Positions 34,030 to 44,710 of a DNA stretch of 64,000 nt are shown one piece after another. A program made the translations under genes and the position numbers. The notes under the pieces are model-generated. The model was not told the origin of the DNA. It saw only the letters and a program-made list of their open reading frames with translations, and searched no databases. Source of the stretch: an uncultured Alphaproteobacteria bacterium. Lineage in GTDB: Bacteria > Pseudomonadota > Alphaproteobacteria > CAWJRW01. The stretch lies in the NCBI GenBank assembly GCA_963845385.1, contig CAWJRW010000006.1, positions 1,224,910 through 1,288,909 on the forward strand, given 5' to 3'. Within the stretch, counting starts at the first letter, position 1. Each line of letters begins with the position of its first letter.

Positions 34030-34947
34030 TCACGGCCTGGGCTCGGGTATGGGCAAGGGATCGATAGCCCGCGTCGCGTCGGCCGCATAGATGGTCGTCC
34101 GATGGACTTGGCCTTCGCCGTCGCGCCAGCCGATGCGCCACTGCTTGTCGTCCGCCAGGATGCGGGCATAGGCCGTCTCGGCCAGCGCGAATTTGCCCGC
34201 AGGCAGCGGCAGGGCCGCGCCCACCCGCGCGCGCTCATTGCCGGCCTCGTCCTTGATGACGAGACGAAGCTCCTTCGGGTCGTCGGAATCCTCCGCAAGG
34301 AGGGCCGCGTCGACGGCGAGCGCCCAGCGCCCGTCCCCGCCCGCTTGCGCGGTGCCGAGGGCCGCCTCGCCGCGGAAGACATGCACCGTGGCGCCGGGCT
34401 CGGCGCGTCCGGAAAGCAGAGCCGAGCCGTCGCTCCGGTAATCCGTGGCCTCCATGAGCAAGGACGGCCCGCCCGCGCCGCCCGGCGCCTGGAGAAGGCG
34501 CGAAGGCCCGTCTACGCGCACCAGCGCGATGAACGGCGCGCCGAAGGATCGCCTGGGGGCGGAGACGACCGCCATGGTTTCGGAGGCCTGCTCGCGCGCA
34601 TCGGGGAGGCGCATGTCGAGGCTGACGCCGTAGTCGCCCGGCCTGAAGGCATCGGCGAGCACGAGCAGCCACTCGCCGCGCTCGTCCGCCCGCAATTGCA
34701 CGCGCGGCTTGCCGTCGACGCTCAGCGTCACCGTAGCGCCCGGGGCGGCCAGGCCCGAGGCCGAAAGCGCGCCGTCCGCGCCCAAGCTCACGACCGAAAA
34801 GCTCGGCGGCTCGACGGGCTTGAGGGCGCTGGGCGTCGTGCTTTCCGCGACGCCGCGCACCGTCTCTTCGCCGCCCCAATAGAAAAGTGCGGCGATCAGA
34901 ATGCTCGCCGCCACCGCGCCAACCCCCAGTACGATCCACCAGCGCAC
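34030..34947 (-). CDS. Membrane-anchored hypothetical protein with Ig-like repeats
   Basis: Intact 305-aa ORF. N-terminal TM segment MRWWIVLGVGAVAASILIAALF followed by repeated beta-rich segments (ATVTLSVDGKPRV..., ATVHVFRGEAALGTAQAGGDGRWAL...). Confidence 0.55.
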   Translation of the reverse strand: MRWWIVLGVGAVAASILIAALFYWGGEETVRGVAESTTPSALKPVEPPSFSVVSLGADGALSASGLAAPGATVTLSVDGKPRVQLRADERGEWLLVLADAFRPGDYGVSLDMRLPDAREQASETMAVVSAPRRSFGAPFIALVRVDGPSRLLQAPGGAGGPSLLMEATDYRSDGSALLSGRAEPGATVHVFRGEAALGTAQAGGDGRWALAVDAALLAEDSDDPKELRLVIKDEAGNERARVGAALPLPAGKFALAETAYARILADDKQWRIGWRDGEGQVHRTTIYAADATRAIDPLPIPEPRP

Positions 34948-35112
34948 GAAATCGCTCCTGCCCCATACCGGCTTTTGTCCGCCGCAGCCAAAAGGCGCGG
35001 GACTCCGAAAGCGGGTACGAGGCTCGCCAAGCCCGTGGTCTACCCCTTAATTTGGCCGCACGGGGCACCCAAATTAAGTCTCCCCCCTCCGTTAACCCGG
35101 CGCAAAGCTTGA

Positions 35113-35767
35113 ATGAGCGAGCCTCGGGTGGTGGGGAAAGGAAAACAAATGGCCGCCTTGCGCAGTCCAGAAAATGGCGGGGGAAACCCGGGCAGTGGAA
35201 GACCGAAGACCCTTTGCGTCTTCTGCGGCTCCCAAGTGGGCAACGACAGGCGTTACGCGGCCGCGGCCGAGCGCCTGGGCAAGCTCTTGGCCAAGGCGCA
35301 TGTGCGCCTCGTCTATGGCGGCGGGGGCATCGGGCTCATGGGCGTGCTGGCGCGCAGCGTCCTTCAGGCGGGCGGGCTCGCCATCGGCGTGGTGCCGGGC
35401 TTCTTGCGCGAGCTCGAGGTGCAGCAGCAGGGCTTAACCGAGCTCGTCGTCACCGAGACCATGCATGAGCGCAAATTCCTCATGTACGACATGGCCGACG
35501 CCTTCGCCGTGCTGCCGGGCGGCATCGGCACGCTCGAAGAAATCACCGAGCTCATAAGCTGGCGTCATCTCGGCGTGCATGTGAAGCCCATCGTGCTCAT
35601 CGATGTCGCCGACTATTGGCAGCCCTTCTGTCGAGCTCATCGAGCATGCGGTGTCGGAAGGCTTCGCCGCCGAAGCCGTGCGCCGCGACTTCGGCGTCGT
35701 CGAGCGCATCGAAGACGTGCTGGCCGCCGTGGGCCTCGCCGGCGCCCGCCGCGCCGGTCAAGGCCTA
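35113..35767 (+). CDS. LOG-family (TIGR00730) nucleotide phosphoribohydrolase (one frame break ~35625; 3' end uncertain)
   Basis: LCVFCGS...VYGGGGIGLMG...MHERKFLM...AFAVLPGGIGTLEEI. The tail ...ELIEHAVSEGF... is in the 35603 frame. Confidence 0.8.
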
Positions 35768-35978
35768 AAGTCCGCATCTGATAGATTTCACGTCTCCCGG
35801 CATGCTGATTGTGCAACTTCCCCTGGGAAAGCGGACGGTCGGCGCGAAGCGCCGGGTGGCGATCGGAACTGCGCGATTTTTGCTCGTGCTCGAACAATTG
35901 AAGTCTGATCAACCGCGCCACGGCAGCCCTGCCGCTTTCGGGCGAACCGGCAGTCCGGGATCGAGCTGCAAAAAATTT

Positions 35979-37615
35979 TCAGAGCGCCTTCTTCGCTTTC
36001 GTCTTCGCCTCTTTCTCGGCCGCGAGGTCGTGGAAGAGCTTGTAGGTGATCGAAGTCGGCGAGCGCCTCGAAGGAGGCGTCGACGATGTTGGGCGACACG
36101 CCCACCGTGAACCAGCGCTTGCCCTTCCCGTCCTTGCTCTCGATGAGCACGCGCGTCACGGCCTCCGTGCCCGTGGTGAGGATACGCACCTTGAAGTCCA
36201 CAAGCTCGAGATCGTCGATATAACGCTGATACTTGCCGAGGTCGCGGCGCAGCGCCTGGTCGAGCGCGTTGACGGGGCCCACGCCCTCGCCCACCGAGAA
36301 GAAGGTCTCGCCGTCGATGGTGAGCTTGACGGTCGCCTCCGAGACGGTCTTGAGCCGGCCCATGGCGTCGAAGCGGCGCTCCACCAAGACGCGGAAGGAT
36401 TCCACGCGGAAGAACTCCGGCACCTGGCCGAGCGCGCGCCGCGCGAGAAGCTCGAAAGAGGCCTCCGCGCCGTCATAGGAATAGCCCAGAAACTCGCGCT
36501 CCTTGACCTGATCGAGAAGCAGCCGCACGCGCGGATCGTCCGCATGCAGATTGATGCCGAAGGCCTCGAGCCGCGAAAGAATGTTCGAGCGCCCGGCCTG
36601 ATCGGAGACGAGCACGTGGCGCTCGTTGCCCACCCATTCCGGCGGAATGTGCTCGTACGTGCGCGGGTCCTTCTGCACCGCCGAGACGTGGAGCCCGCCC
36701 TTATGCGCGAAAGCCGAGGCGCCGACATAGGGCTGATGGCGGTTCGGCGCGCGGTTGAGAATCTCGTCGAGCAAATGGGAGACGCGCGTGAGATCCTTCA
36801 CGCCCTCGCGCGTAACGCCCGTCTCGTAGCGCTCGGCAAGCGCGGGCTTCAAGCGCAAGCGAAGCGATGAGCGAGATGATGTTGGCGTTGCCGCAACGCT
36901 CGCCGAGCCCGTTGAGCGTGCCCTGGATGTGGCGCACGCCAGCCTCGAGCGCGGCGAGCGAGTTCGCCACCGCGTTCTCCGTGTCGTTGTGGGCGTGAAT
37001 GCCGAGCCTGTCGCCGGGAACGTGCTGCGTCACGTCGCGGACGATGCGCGCGATCTCGAAGGGCAACGTGCCGCCGTTGGTGTCGCACAGCACGATCCAG
37101 CGCGCGCCGGCCTCGAAGGCCGCTTTGATGCACTCGAGCGCGTAAGCGCGGGTTGGCCTTGTAGCCGTCGAAGAAATGCTCGGCATCGAACAGCGCCTCG
37201 CGGCCCGCGCCGACGACGGCCGCGATGGATTCGCCGATGGAGTCGACGTTCTCCTTGTTGCGAGATGCCGAGCGCGACCTCGACATGAAAGTCCCAGGTC
37301 TTGCCCACGAGGCATATCGCTTTCGCCTTGGAATTCAGCAGCGCCGCAAGCCCCGGATCGTTGGCGACGCTCCTCCCTGTGCGCTTGGTCATGCCGAAGG
37401 CCGTGAAGCGCGCGTGCTTCAAGCCCGGATCCTGCGAGAAGAATGTCGTGTCCGTTGGATTGGCGCCGGGCCAGCCGCCCTCGACATAGTCGAGGCCCAA
37501 GTGCATCGAGCGTGCGCGCGACGAGCTGCTTGTCGTCGACGGAAAAATCCACGCCTTGCGTCTGCGCGCCGTCGCGCAGCGTGGTGTCGAGGAGAGTGAC
37601 GCGCTCTTTAGGCAT
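35979..37615 (-). CDS. cimA: Citramalate synthase / LeuA-related (several frame breaks)
   Basis: [29 protein letters not shown]...[19 protein letters not shown]... Catalytic and LeuA-dimer regions are spread over ORFs 36701..37687, 37030..37896 and 35788..36858. The reconstructed tail is ...[24 protein letters not shown]. Confidence 0.8.
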
Positions 37616-37689
37616 GACGACGCGTCCACACGCCTGTCGCACTCGCCCCTTCCAGGCGCGCGGGGCTGTGGCATGCTGGATGCGCACTC

Positions 37690-37735
37690 GGCCTCATTCC
37701 TCCCCCTGCAAGGGGGAGGATAGGTGGGGGTCGTG
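37690..37735. repeat. G/C-tract hairpin repeat copy
   Basis: CCTCCCCCTGCAAGGGGGAGGATAGGTGGGGG. Confidence 0.6.
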
Positions 37736-37860
37736 TCTCGGCGCACATGACGCACGCAGGCCCACCTCAAACAAAATCGCGTCATCGCCGGGCTCGCCCC
37801 GGCGATCCATTGATGGCGGACGCCATCCGGCGTCAACAGCCACACGCTCCCACGCAAGCG

Positions 37861-37896
37861 GCCCCTGGATGCCCGCGACAAGCGCGGGCATGACAT
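37861..37896. repeat. 'GGATGCCCG..CGGGCATGAC' REP-like element
   Basis: GCCCCTGGATGCCCGCGACAAGCGCGGGCATGACAT. Same family as 11491-11595. Confidence 0.75.
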
Positions 37897-37914
37897 ACTC
37901 AGTATGCGGAGCGC

Positions 37915-39464
37915 TCACCGCTTCAACTCCCACGTCGTGCCTTCGGGCGTGTCTTTCAACAAGATGCCTTTCTCTTCGAGCTCTTTGCGAATGCGATCGG
38001 CTTCCTTGAAGTTCTTCGCCTTGCGCGCCGCGTTGCGCGCCTGGACTAACTCGTCTGCCATTCGACGAACGACATTTCCGGATTGCCTCTGAGCTCGCGT
38101 GCAGCACGTCTCCATCGTAGATGCGTGCAATCCAAAGCTCAATTTCGCCGAGATAATCATTGGCATCCTGTCACGATCCTAGCTTGTCACGTGATACTGC
38201 CGTGCCATCCAAATCGCGTTATCGCCTGCGAAGCCTGACGATCAAATTAGGACTGCCGAGAAGTATCCGGCTTGTCTAGTGGCGAAGGCCCAAGAACCGC
38301 GCGCACTGAGCAAGCTGAAACGCTGTGTCACGATCAGATTGCGCAGCGCTAGCAATCTCGTAGGCGATGCTATCGCCTTGGGGTGTTGAGATCGTCGAAT
38401 ACCGCGACAAAGAACTCCGGATGTAGGCCTGATTGATCTCGCGATTTAGCTCTTGCCCAATTCGCGTGTCCGTCATGACTTCTGCCCATGACATCAACTC
38501 GTTGCGTGCATGTCAAGACTCGTCATAGTCCAATCGATCGGTTGTCGATAATGCGTCTTGAGCATCGCGAACCGAATTGTCGTCCAGACCATGGAATTCC
38601 TTGCCATCCCCGAACAGCTCACGCATCGTCACGAAATTCCCGAGGCACTTGGACATCTTCTGTCCTTCGACTTCCAAGAAGCCGTTGTGCATCCAGAATT
38701 TCGCGAGCGGCGCGCCGTTATGCGCGCTTTCGGATTGCGCGACTTCGTTCTCGTGATGGGGAAAGACGAGATCGATGCCGCCGCCATGGATGTCGAAGGT
38801 CTCGCCGAGCAGCGCCTCGCCCATGGCCGAGCATTCGATGTGCCAGCCGGGCCGCCCGCGGCCCCAGGGTGAATCCCAACCGGGCTTGCTCGGGCAGAAG
38901 ACGGCTTCCACAACACGAAGTCCATCGGGTGCTTCTTGTAGGGCGCGACCTCGACGCGCGCGCCCGCGATCATCTCGTCGGTCGAGCGGTGGGCGAGCTT
39001 GCCGTAATCGGGCTTGGTCGTGACGTCGTAGAGCACGTGGCCGTCCGCCACATAAGCGTGGCCGGTCGCGATGAGCTTTTCGATCATCGCGATCATCTGC
39101 GGAATATGCTCGGTCGCGCGCGGCTCGAAGGTCGGTTCAAGGCAGCCGAGCGCCGCCACATCCTCGTGGAATGCTTTGGTCGTGCGCTGCGGTGATCTCG
39201 TCGATCGAGCACGCCCTCTTCCTTCGCCGCGGCGATGATCTTGTCGTCGACATCGGTGATGTTGCGGACGTAAGTGACGTGCTCCTCGCCATAGATGTGG
39301 CGCAGCAAGCGGAACAGCACGTCGAAGACGATGACGGGCCGCGCATTGCCGATATGGGCGTAGTCGTAGACCGTGGGCCCGCAGACATACATGCGCACGT
39401 TCGCAGCGGCATCGAGAGGCGTGAACACCTCCTTCTTCCGCGTCAGCGTGTTGTAGAGCTTCAA
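37915..39464 (-). CDS. cysS: Cysteine--tRNA ligase (many frame breaks; 3' third of unusually low GC)
   Basis: [16 protein letters not shown]...[21 protein letters not shown]; ...[15 protein letters not shown]...[15 protein letters not shown]...KMSKCLGNF; [17 protein letters not shown]; [11 protein letters not shown]; the tail ...[44 protein letters not shown]. Confidence 0.88.
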
Positions 39465-39652
39465 GTTCCATCGTTCAGTCCACGAATCGACACGTTAAAG
39501 GCTCGGCTTCCCGCCGCCCTTCGTCAATTTCATCTCTTAATGGAAATGCGCGAGCGGGCGGCGAGAGGGTCTAGCCACCAATAATCAGAATGCAGCATGT
39601 GCGTGCCGCTCTGACCTGTTCCAGGATCGTCCGATCCAAATCCATTTGGCCC

Positions 39653-40996
39653 TCAAGCCCGCTTGCCCAGAAGCCGCGCCCGTGCGCGCTCGGGGCCGAT
39701 GAGCAGTAGCAGCTTTTTCATTTCCGGTCCATCCGCGCGGCCGGTGAGCGCAAGCCGCAGGGGATGAAAAAGCGCCCGGCCCTTGGCGCCGGTCGCCGCG
39801 CTCAAGGCCTTGGTCCAGGCGCTCCAGGTTTCTTCGCGTATAGGGCGCCATCGGGCAGAAGCCCCGCCGCCGTTTCGGTGAGCGCCTTGTCCTCGATCAC
39901 GGGCTCGATCGGGCCGTTCACCACCTGCCACCAGACTTGCGCGTCGGCGAGCTTGCCGAGATTGCCGCGCACGGCTTCCCAGAACTGCACATCGGCGGGG
40001 ATGTGAAGCGCGGCCAAGCGCGGCGCGGCATCCGCGAAGGCCATGCGATGCAAGGCCCGCGCGTTGAGCGTCTTCAGCTCCGCCTCGTCGAAGCGCGCGG
40101 GCGCGCGGCCGATCTTGGCGAAGTCGAATTCCTTCGCGAGCGCTTCGAGCGAGGCCGCGGGCTCCACCGCATCGGAGGTGCCGATCTTGGCGAGGAGACT
40201 CAACAGCGCCAGCGGCTCGTAGCCTTGCGCGCGCAAATCCGCGATCGAGAGACTGCCCAAGCGCTTCGACAGCGGCCCGCCGTCGGCCGCGAGCAGCAGC
40301 GGATGATGCGCGAAGGCGGGCGGCTCGGCGCCGAGCGCCTTGAAGAGCGCGATCTGCGGCGCGGTGTTGGTGACGTGATCCTCGCCGCGGATGACATGGG
40401 TGATGGAAAGCTCGATATCGTCGACGACCGAGGGCAGCGTGTAGAGAAACTGTCCGTCGGAGCGCAGGAGCACGGGATCGGAGACCGAGGCGAGATCGAT
40501 CTCGACCCGCCCGCGGATGAGATCGTCCCACGCCACCGCGCCTTCGCCCAAGAGGAAGCGCCAATGGGGCTTCAGTCCTTCCGCTTCGAGCTTCGCGCGT
40601 TCGTCGCTCCGAGAGCTTCAGCGCCGCGCGGTCATAGACCGGCGCCAGCCCCGCGCGCCATCTGCGCGCTTGCGCTTGCGCTCGAGCTCGCTCTGGCGTC
40701 TCGTAGCAGGGATAAAGCCGCCCTGCCGCTTTCAGCTTCTCCGCCGCGGCCGCGTAGCGCACGACGCGCGCCGACTGGCGCGCGACGTCGTCGTAAGTCG
40801 AGCCCGAGCCAAGCCAAGTCTTCCATGATCGCGGCGACGAATTGCTCCTGCGAGCGCTCCGATCCGTGTCGTCGATGCGCAAGAGAAAGCGCCCGCCCTC
40901 CTTGCGCGCGAAGAGCCAGTTGAAGAGCGCCGTGCGCACATTGCCGACATGCAGGAGCCCCGTCGGGCTCGGCGCGAAGCGGACGGTGACGGTCAT
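39653..40996 (-). CDS. gltX: Glutamate--tRNA ligase (many frame breaks)
   Basis: [46 protein letters not shown]. The core [26 protein letters not shown]...PLSKRLGS is in ORF 39802..40551. The tail ...[26 protein letters not shown]. Confidence 0.9.
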   Translation of the reverse strand: MTVTVRFAPSPTGLLHVGNVRTALFNWLFARKEGGRFLLRIDDTDRSARRSNSSPRSWKTWLGSGSTYDDVARQSARVVRYAAAAEKLKAAGRLYPCYETPERARAQAQARRWRAGLAPVYDRAALKLSERRTREARSGRTEAPLALPLGRRRGGVGRSHPRAGRDRSRLGLRSRAPALRRTVSLHAALGRRRYRAFHHPCHPRRGSRHQHRAADRALQGARRRAARLRASSAAARGRRRAAVEALGQSLDRGFARARLRAAGAVESPRQDRHLRCGGARGLARSAREGIRLRQDRPRARALRRGGAEDAQRAGLASHGLRGCRAALGRASHPRRCAVLGSRARQSRQARRRASLVAGGERPDRARDRGQGAHRNGGGASARWRPIREETWSAWTKALSAATGAKGRALFHPLRLALTGRADGPEMKKLLLLIGPERARARLLGKRA

Positions 40997-40999
40997 CGC

Positions 41000-41100
41000 G
41001 CCCCCTCACCCCATCCCTCTCCCCAAGGGGAGAGGGAATGCATTTTGCACGCCCCACGCATTCCCTCTCCCCAACGGGGAGAGGGCCAGGGTGAGGGGTT
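41000..41100. repeat. Two G/C-tract hairpin repeat copies
   Basis: CCCTCTCCCCAAGGGGAGAGGG and CCCTCTCCCCAACGGGGAGAGGG, lying between gltX and nadE. Confidence 0.7.
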
Positions 41101-41101
41101 G

Positions 41102-42766
41102 CTACCGCGCATCGCGGAAGCCGTTGATGATGGGATAGCGCCGGTCGCGGCCGAAATTGCTGCGCGTGATCTTGACGCCCGGCGGCGCCTGGCGGCGCTT
41201 GTATTCGGCCGTGTAGAGCATCTGCTCGACGCGCTTGACGATCGGCAAGATCGTGGCCGCGCGCCACGATCTCCTCGACGCCCATCTCGCCCTCGACAGG
41301 CACTCCAAGATGTCGTCGAGCACGCGGTAGGGCGGCAGCGAATCCTCGTCCGTCTGGTTGGCGCGCAGCTCCGCGGTCGGCGCCTTGTCGATCACGCGCT
41401 GCGGCACGACGCGGCCCGCAGGCCCCAGCGCATGTTTCGGCAGGTTCTGATTGCGCCAGTCCGACAGCGCGTAGACCTTCATCTTGTAGATGTCCTTCAG
41501 CACATTGAAGCCGCCGCACATGTCGCCATAGAGCGTGGCATAGCCCACCGACATCTCCGACTTGTTGCCGGTGGTGAGCACCATGGGCCCGAACTTGTTC
41601 GACACCGCCATGAGGATGAGCCCGCGCACGCGCGCCTGGATGTTCTCTTCGGTGTGGTCGGCCGCGCGGCCGGCGAAGAGGGGCTTCAGCATCTGGCCGA
41701 AGGCTTCGACCGCGGGCTCGATGGGCACGGTGTCGAGCGCGATGCCGAGACAGGCGCGCGACCGCTTCGGCGTCCTCGACGCTCTCCTTCGCCGTGTAGC
41801 GCGAGGGCATCATGAGGCAGCGCACGCGCGAAGGACCCAGCGCATCGACCGCGACAACCGCGGTGAGCGTCGAATCGATGCCGCCCGAAAGCCCGAGCAC
41901 CACGCCCGGAAAGCGGTTCTTGTTCACATAGTCGCGCAAGCCCAGCATCATCGCCTGATAGATCGCCGCGAGGCCTTCCTCCGCCGGCACGCGCAGGCCG
42001 GGCGCGCAGCGAAAGCCGTTCGCGGTTCGCGTGCCAATGCGTGACAACGAGGCTTTCCTCCCAGGCGGGAAGCTCGGCGGCCAGCGCGCCGTCGGCGTTC
42101 AGCACGAACGAGCCGCCGTCGAAGACGAGCTCGTCCTGGCCGCCGACCTGATTGAGATAGACGAGCGGCAGGCTTGTCTCCGCGACGCGCGCCTTGGCGA
42201 TGCTCAAGCGCACGCCGAGCTTGTCCGTCTCGAAGGGCGAGCCGTTGAGGGACGAGAAGCTCGGCGCCCGCCTTCTTCAACTGCGCCACGACCGCGCCAG
42301 CCCAGATGTCCTCGCAGATCGGCAAGCCGAGGCGCACGCCGCACACGCTCACGGGCTCGGGCATGGGTCCTGCCGCGAAGACGCGCTTCTCGTCGAAGAC
42401 GCCGTAATTCGGCAGATTGTTCTTGGTAGCGGACGGCCGCCACCTTGCCCTGCTCGAGCACGGCGATGGCGTTGTAGGGCTTGCCGCCGTCGCGCCAGGG
42501 CGTGCCCATGAGCACGGCGGGCCCGCCATCGGCGGTTTCCGCAGCGAGCTTCTTCACCGCCGCTTCGGCATCGGCGAGCAGCGCGGGCTTGAGCACCAGA
42601 TCCTCGGGCGGATAGCCCGTGATGAAAAGCTCGCTGAAGACGATTGCGTGCGCGCCTTCCGCCTCGCGCGCAGTCTGCGCGCCGAGCGCGCCTTTTCGAG
42701 ATTGCCTTCGATGTCGCCGACGACGGGATTGAGCTGGGCGAGCGCGAGCGCGAAGCGGTCGGTCAT
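41102..42766 (-). CDS. nadE: Glutamine-dependent NAD+ synthetase (many frame breaks)
   Basis: N-terminal nitrilase domain [23 protein letters not shown]...LPICEDIW. C-terminal synthetase domain ...[21 protein letters not shown]...[30 protein letters not shown]...[13 protein letters not shown]. Confidence 0.9.
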
Positions 42767-42866
42767 GGCCTCGTTTTAGCCCTAGGACCCACGCCCGGCA
42801 ATGCGCGCGGCCTTTCGTGCCCACCGAAAGTGGACTACGATGGTTAACTCTGATCGGGAGGGGACC

Positions 42867-43319
42867 ATGAACATCAAGAACGCACTCGTCTCGGCTTTCC
42901 TCGGCATGGCGGTATTGGCCCTGCCCGCCGCGGCGGAAGAGCTTTCCGGCGAAGGCCAGACGCCAGGCAGCAAGGTCGTGATCACCAGTCTCAAGCGCGA
43001 CGCCGGCGGCACGGTCACGCTGCGCTTCCAGCTCATCAATGACGGCGAGCAAGAGGTCAGCACCTATGGCGTGTTCGGCGAATTTTTCGGGCTCGAGTAT
43101 CTGAGCTTGGTCGATAGTGCCAACAAGAAGAAATATCTGGTCGTCAAAGACAGCGCAGGAGGATGCCTTTGCAGCAATTTCAAGGCAGACGTCGTTCCCG
43201 GCAGCCGCTTCAATCTGTGGGCGAAATTCCCGGCGCCGCCTGACACCGTGCAAAAAATCACGGTCGTGATCCCGACTTTCGAGCCCATCGAATCCGTGCC
43301 CATTACCGCCGCGCCTTGA
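42867..43319 (+). CDS. Hypothetical exported beta-rich protein
   Basis: MNIKNALVSAFLGMAVLALPAAA signal. 150 aa from an internal ATG of ORF 42801..43319. GGAGGGGA lies upstream of the ATG. Confidence 0.6.
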   Translation: MNIKNALVSAFLGMAVLALPAAAEELSGEGQTPGSKVVITSLKRDAGGTVTLRFQLINDGEQEVSTYGVFGEFFGLEYLSLVDSANKKKYLVVKDSAGGCLCSNFKADVVPGSRFNLWAKFPAPPDTVQKITVVIPTFEPIESVPITAAP

Positions 43320-43335
43320 GCGAAAGGCGCGTGCC

Positions 43336-43873
43336 ATGCCAAGGCTTGCCCTGGGGCTTCTCGCAGTCCTCGTCGCCGCGTCCGCGTTTGCCGCCGAGAG
43401 CAATGTGCGCGACCTGGTTTTCAAGACGCAGGATCTTGTTTTCAAAACGCAGGACCTCGTCTTCAAGGTCGAGGATCTCTATCGCGTCGTGGAGACCGCG
43501 AAAGAGACGACGATCGAGCTGCCCGCCGACGTCCTCTTCGACTTCGACAAGTCCGAGATTCGCCCCGACGCCGCGCTGGCGCTCAAGGAGGCCGCCAGTA
43601 TTCTTCGCGAGCGGGCGAAGGGTACGGTGCGCGTCGAAGGCCACACCGATGCCAAGGGCTCGGCGTCCTACAACCAGACGCTCTCGGAAGCGCGCGCCAA
43701 TTCGGTGAGGCAGTGGCTTGATCGACAAGGAAGGGCTCACGGGCCTCACTTTCACCATCAAGGGCTTCGGCGCCACCAAGCCCGCCGCGCCCAACACCAA
43801 TCCCGACGGCTCGGACAATCCCGAAGGCCGCCAGAAGAACCGCCGCGTGGCGCTCGTGTTCGGCAAGAGCTGA
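43336..43873 (+). CDS. OmpA-C-like (peptidoglycan-associating) exported protein (one frame break ~43715)
   Basis: Signal MPRLALGLLAVLVAASAFA, a DLVFKTQ x3 repeat, then ELPADVLFDFDKSEIRPDA...VRVEGHTDAKGSASYNQTLSEARANSVRQWL and ...GFGATKPAAPNTNPDGSDNPEGRQKNRRVALVF. Confidence 0.8.
43411..43479 (+). repeat. 21-bp tandem repeat (3.3 copies) inside the OmpA-like gene
   Basis: GACCTGGTTTTCAAGACGCAG / GATCTTGTTTTCAAAACGCAG / GACCTCGTCTTCAAGGTCGAG / GATCTC, encoding DLVFKTQ-DLVFKTQ-DLVFKVE-DL. Confidence 0.9.
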
Positions 43874-43914
43874 GTTCGCATCGGTCGATAAAGAGAACCA
43901 GAGATAGAGCGCCG

Positions 43915-44309
43915 ATGTTCGACTCACGGCAGCGAACCGCCTTTGCAGCCTCGGCGCGCTCGCCGTCCTGGCGCTTCTGATCACGCCCGCTCGCGTGCAC
44001 GCGCGTTGTCTCAACCCTCAGTGCACGCCCGTTTACGACGCCCACATCATCTGCTGCAACCAGCTCGTCTATACCCCTGGTGTGGAAGGCTTCGGTGCTG
44101 ACCGGAGCGTCGATTGCGACGACTATATTGAGAAATCGCGCGACGCCCGAAGAGGCGCAGGCGCATATGCCAACCAGCTAAGCGCATGCCAATCCCGTCT
44201 GCCCCGCGGCGGCAGCAAGCCTGCCTATGACCCCAAGAAGGCCGGAAATAATTGTCCGCAAAATATGGACCCGCGCCGCAAAGGACCGCCCGAATCTATA
44301 TCCCAATAA
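43915..44309 (+). CDS. Small cysteine-rich exported protein, hypothetical (needs one frame change after the start)
   Basis: The ATG at 43915 is followed, one frame over, by ...LCSLGALAVLALLITPARVHA|RCLNPQCTPVYDAHIICCNQL...DCDDY...ACQS...NCPQ (ORF 43995..44309). Confidence 0.35.
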
Positions 44310-44710
44310 CCGAGGCGGCAGATACAACATGCCGCTCTTTGACGGGCCATCGGAGACCGGGACGTGGAGACATGTCGAGCCGCCTGCTGTGGCGGGCCCC
44401 AGCTGCCATGGGGCACCCAATTGGAGTACATGAAGTGAGCAGGTTAACGGGGAGACTTGGTATCACGTGAGCAAACCGATTGAATCTGGGCGAAGGGTCC
44501 CCGTGTATGGCTCGCAATCGAAGGATCGGAACGGTAGGCGTCGCTTTTCCGGGAGGGGGCTCCCGGACGCGAAGCGGCGATTTGGAAACTTCAAGGGCTG
44601 GGTCAAGAGGGCGGGATGTTTCCTGCACGCGTCCATCGACCGTGCCGCCGCCATCAAGCCGCATATGATCCGAACCGCCTGGTCGGATTGTCTTGTGCGT
44701 GCGCAACTGA

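Noticed and set aside
38276-38497. A foreign gene inserted into cysS (the 73-aa low-[20 protein letters not shown]...).
   Set aside because: Reading the other minus frames shows CysRS motifs ([28 protein letters not shown]) running through the region. The ORF is therefore a frame-shifted piece of cysS itself. The low GC is reported as a finding instead.
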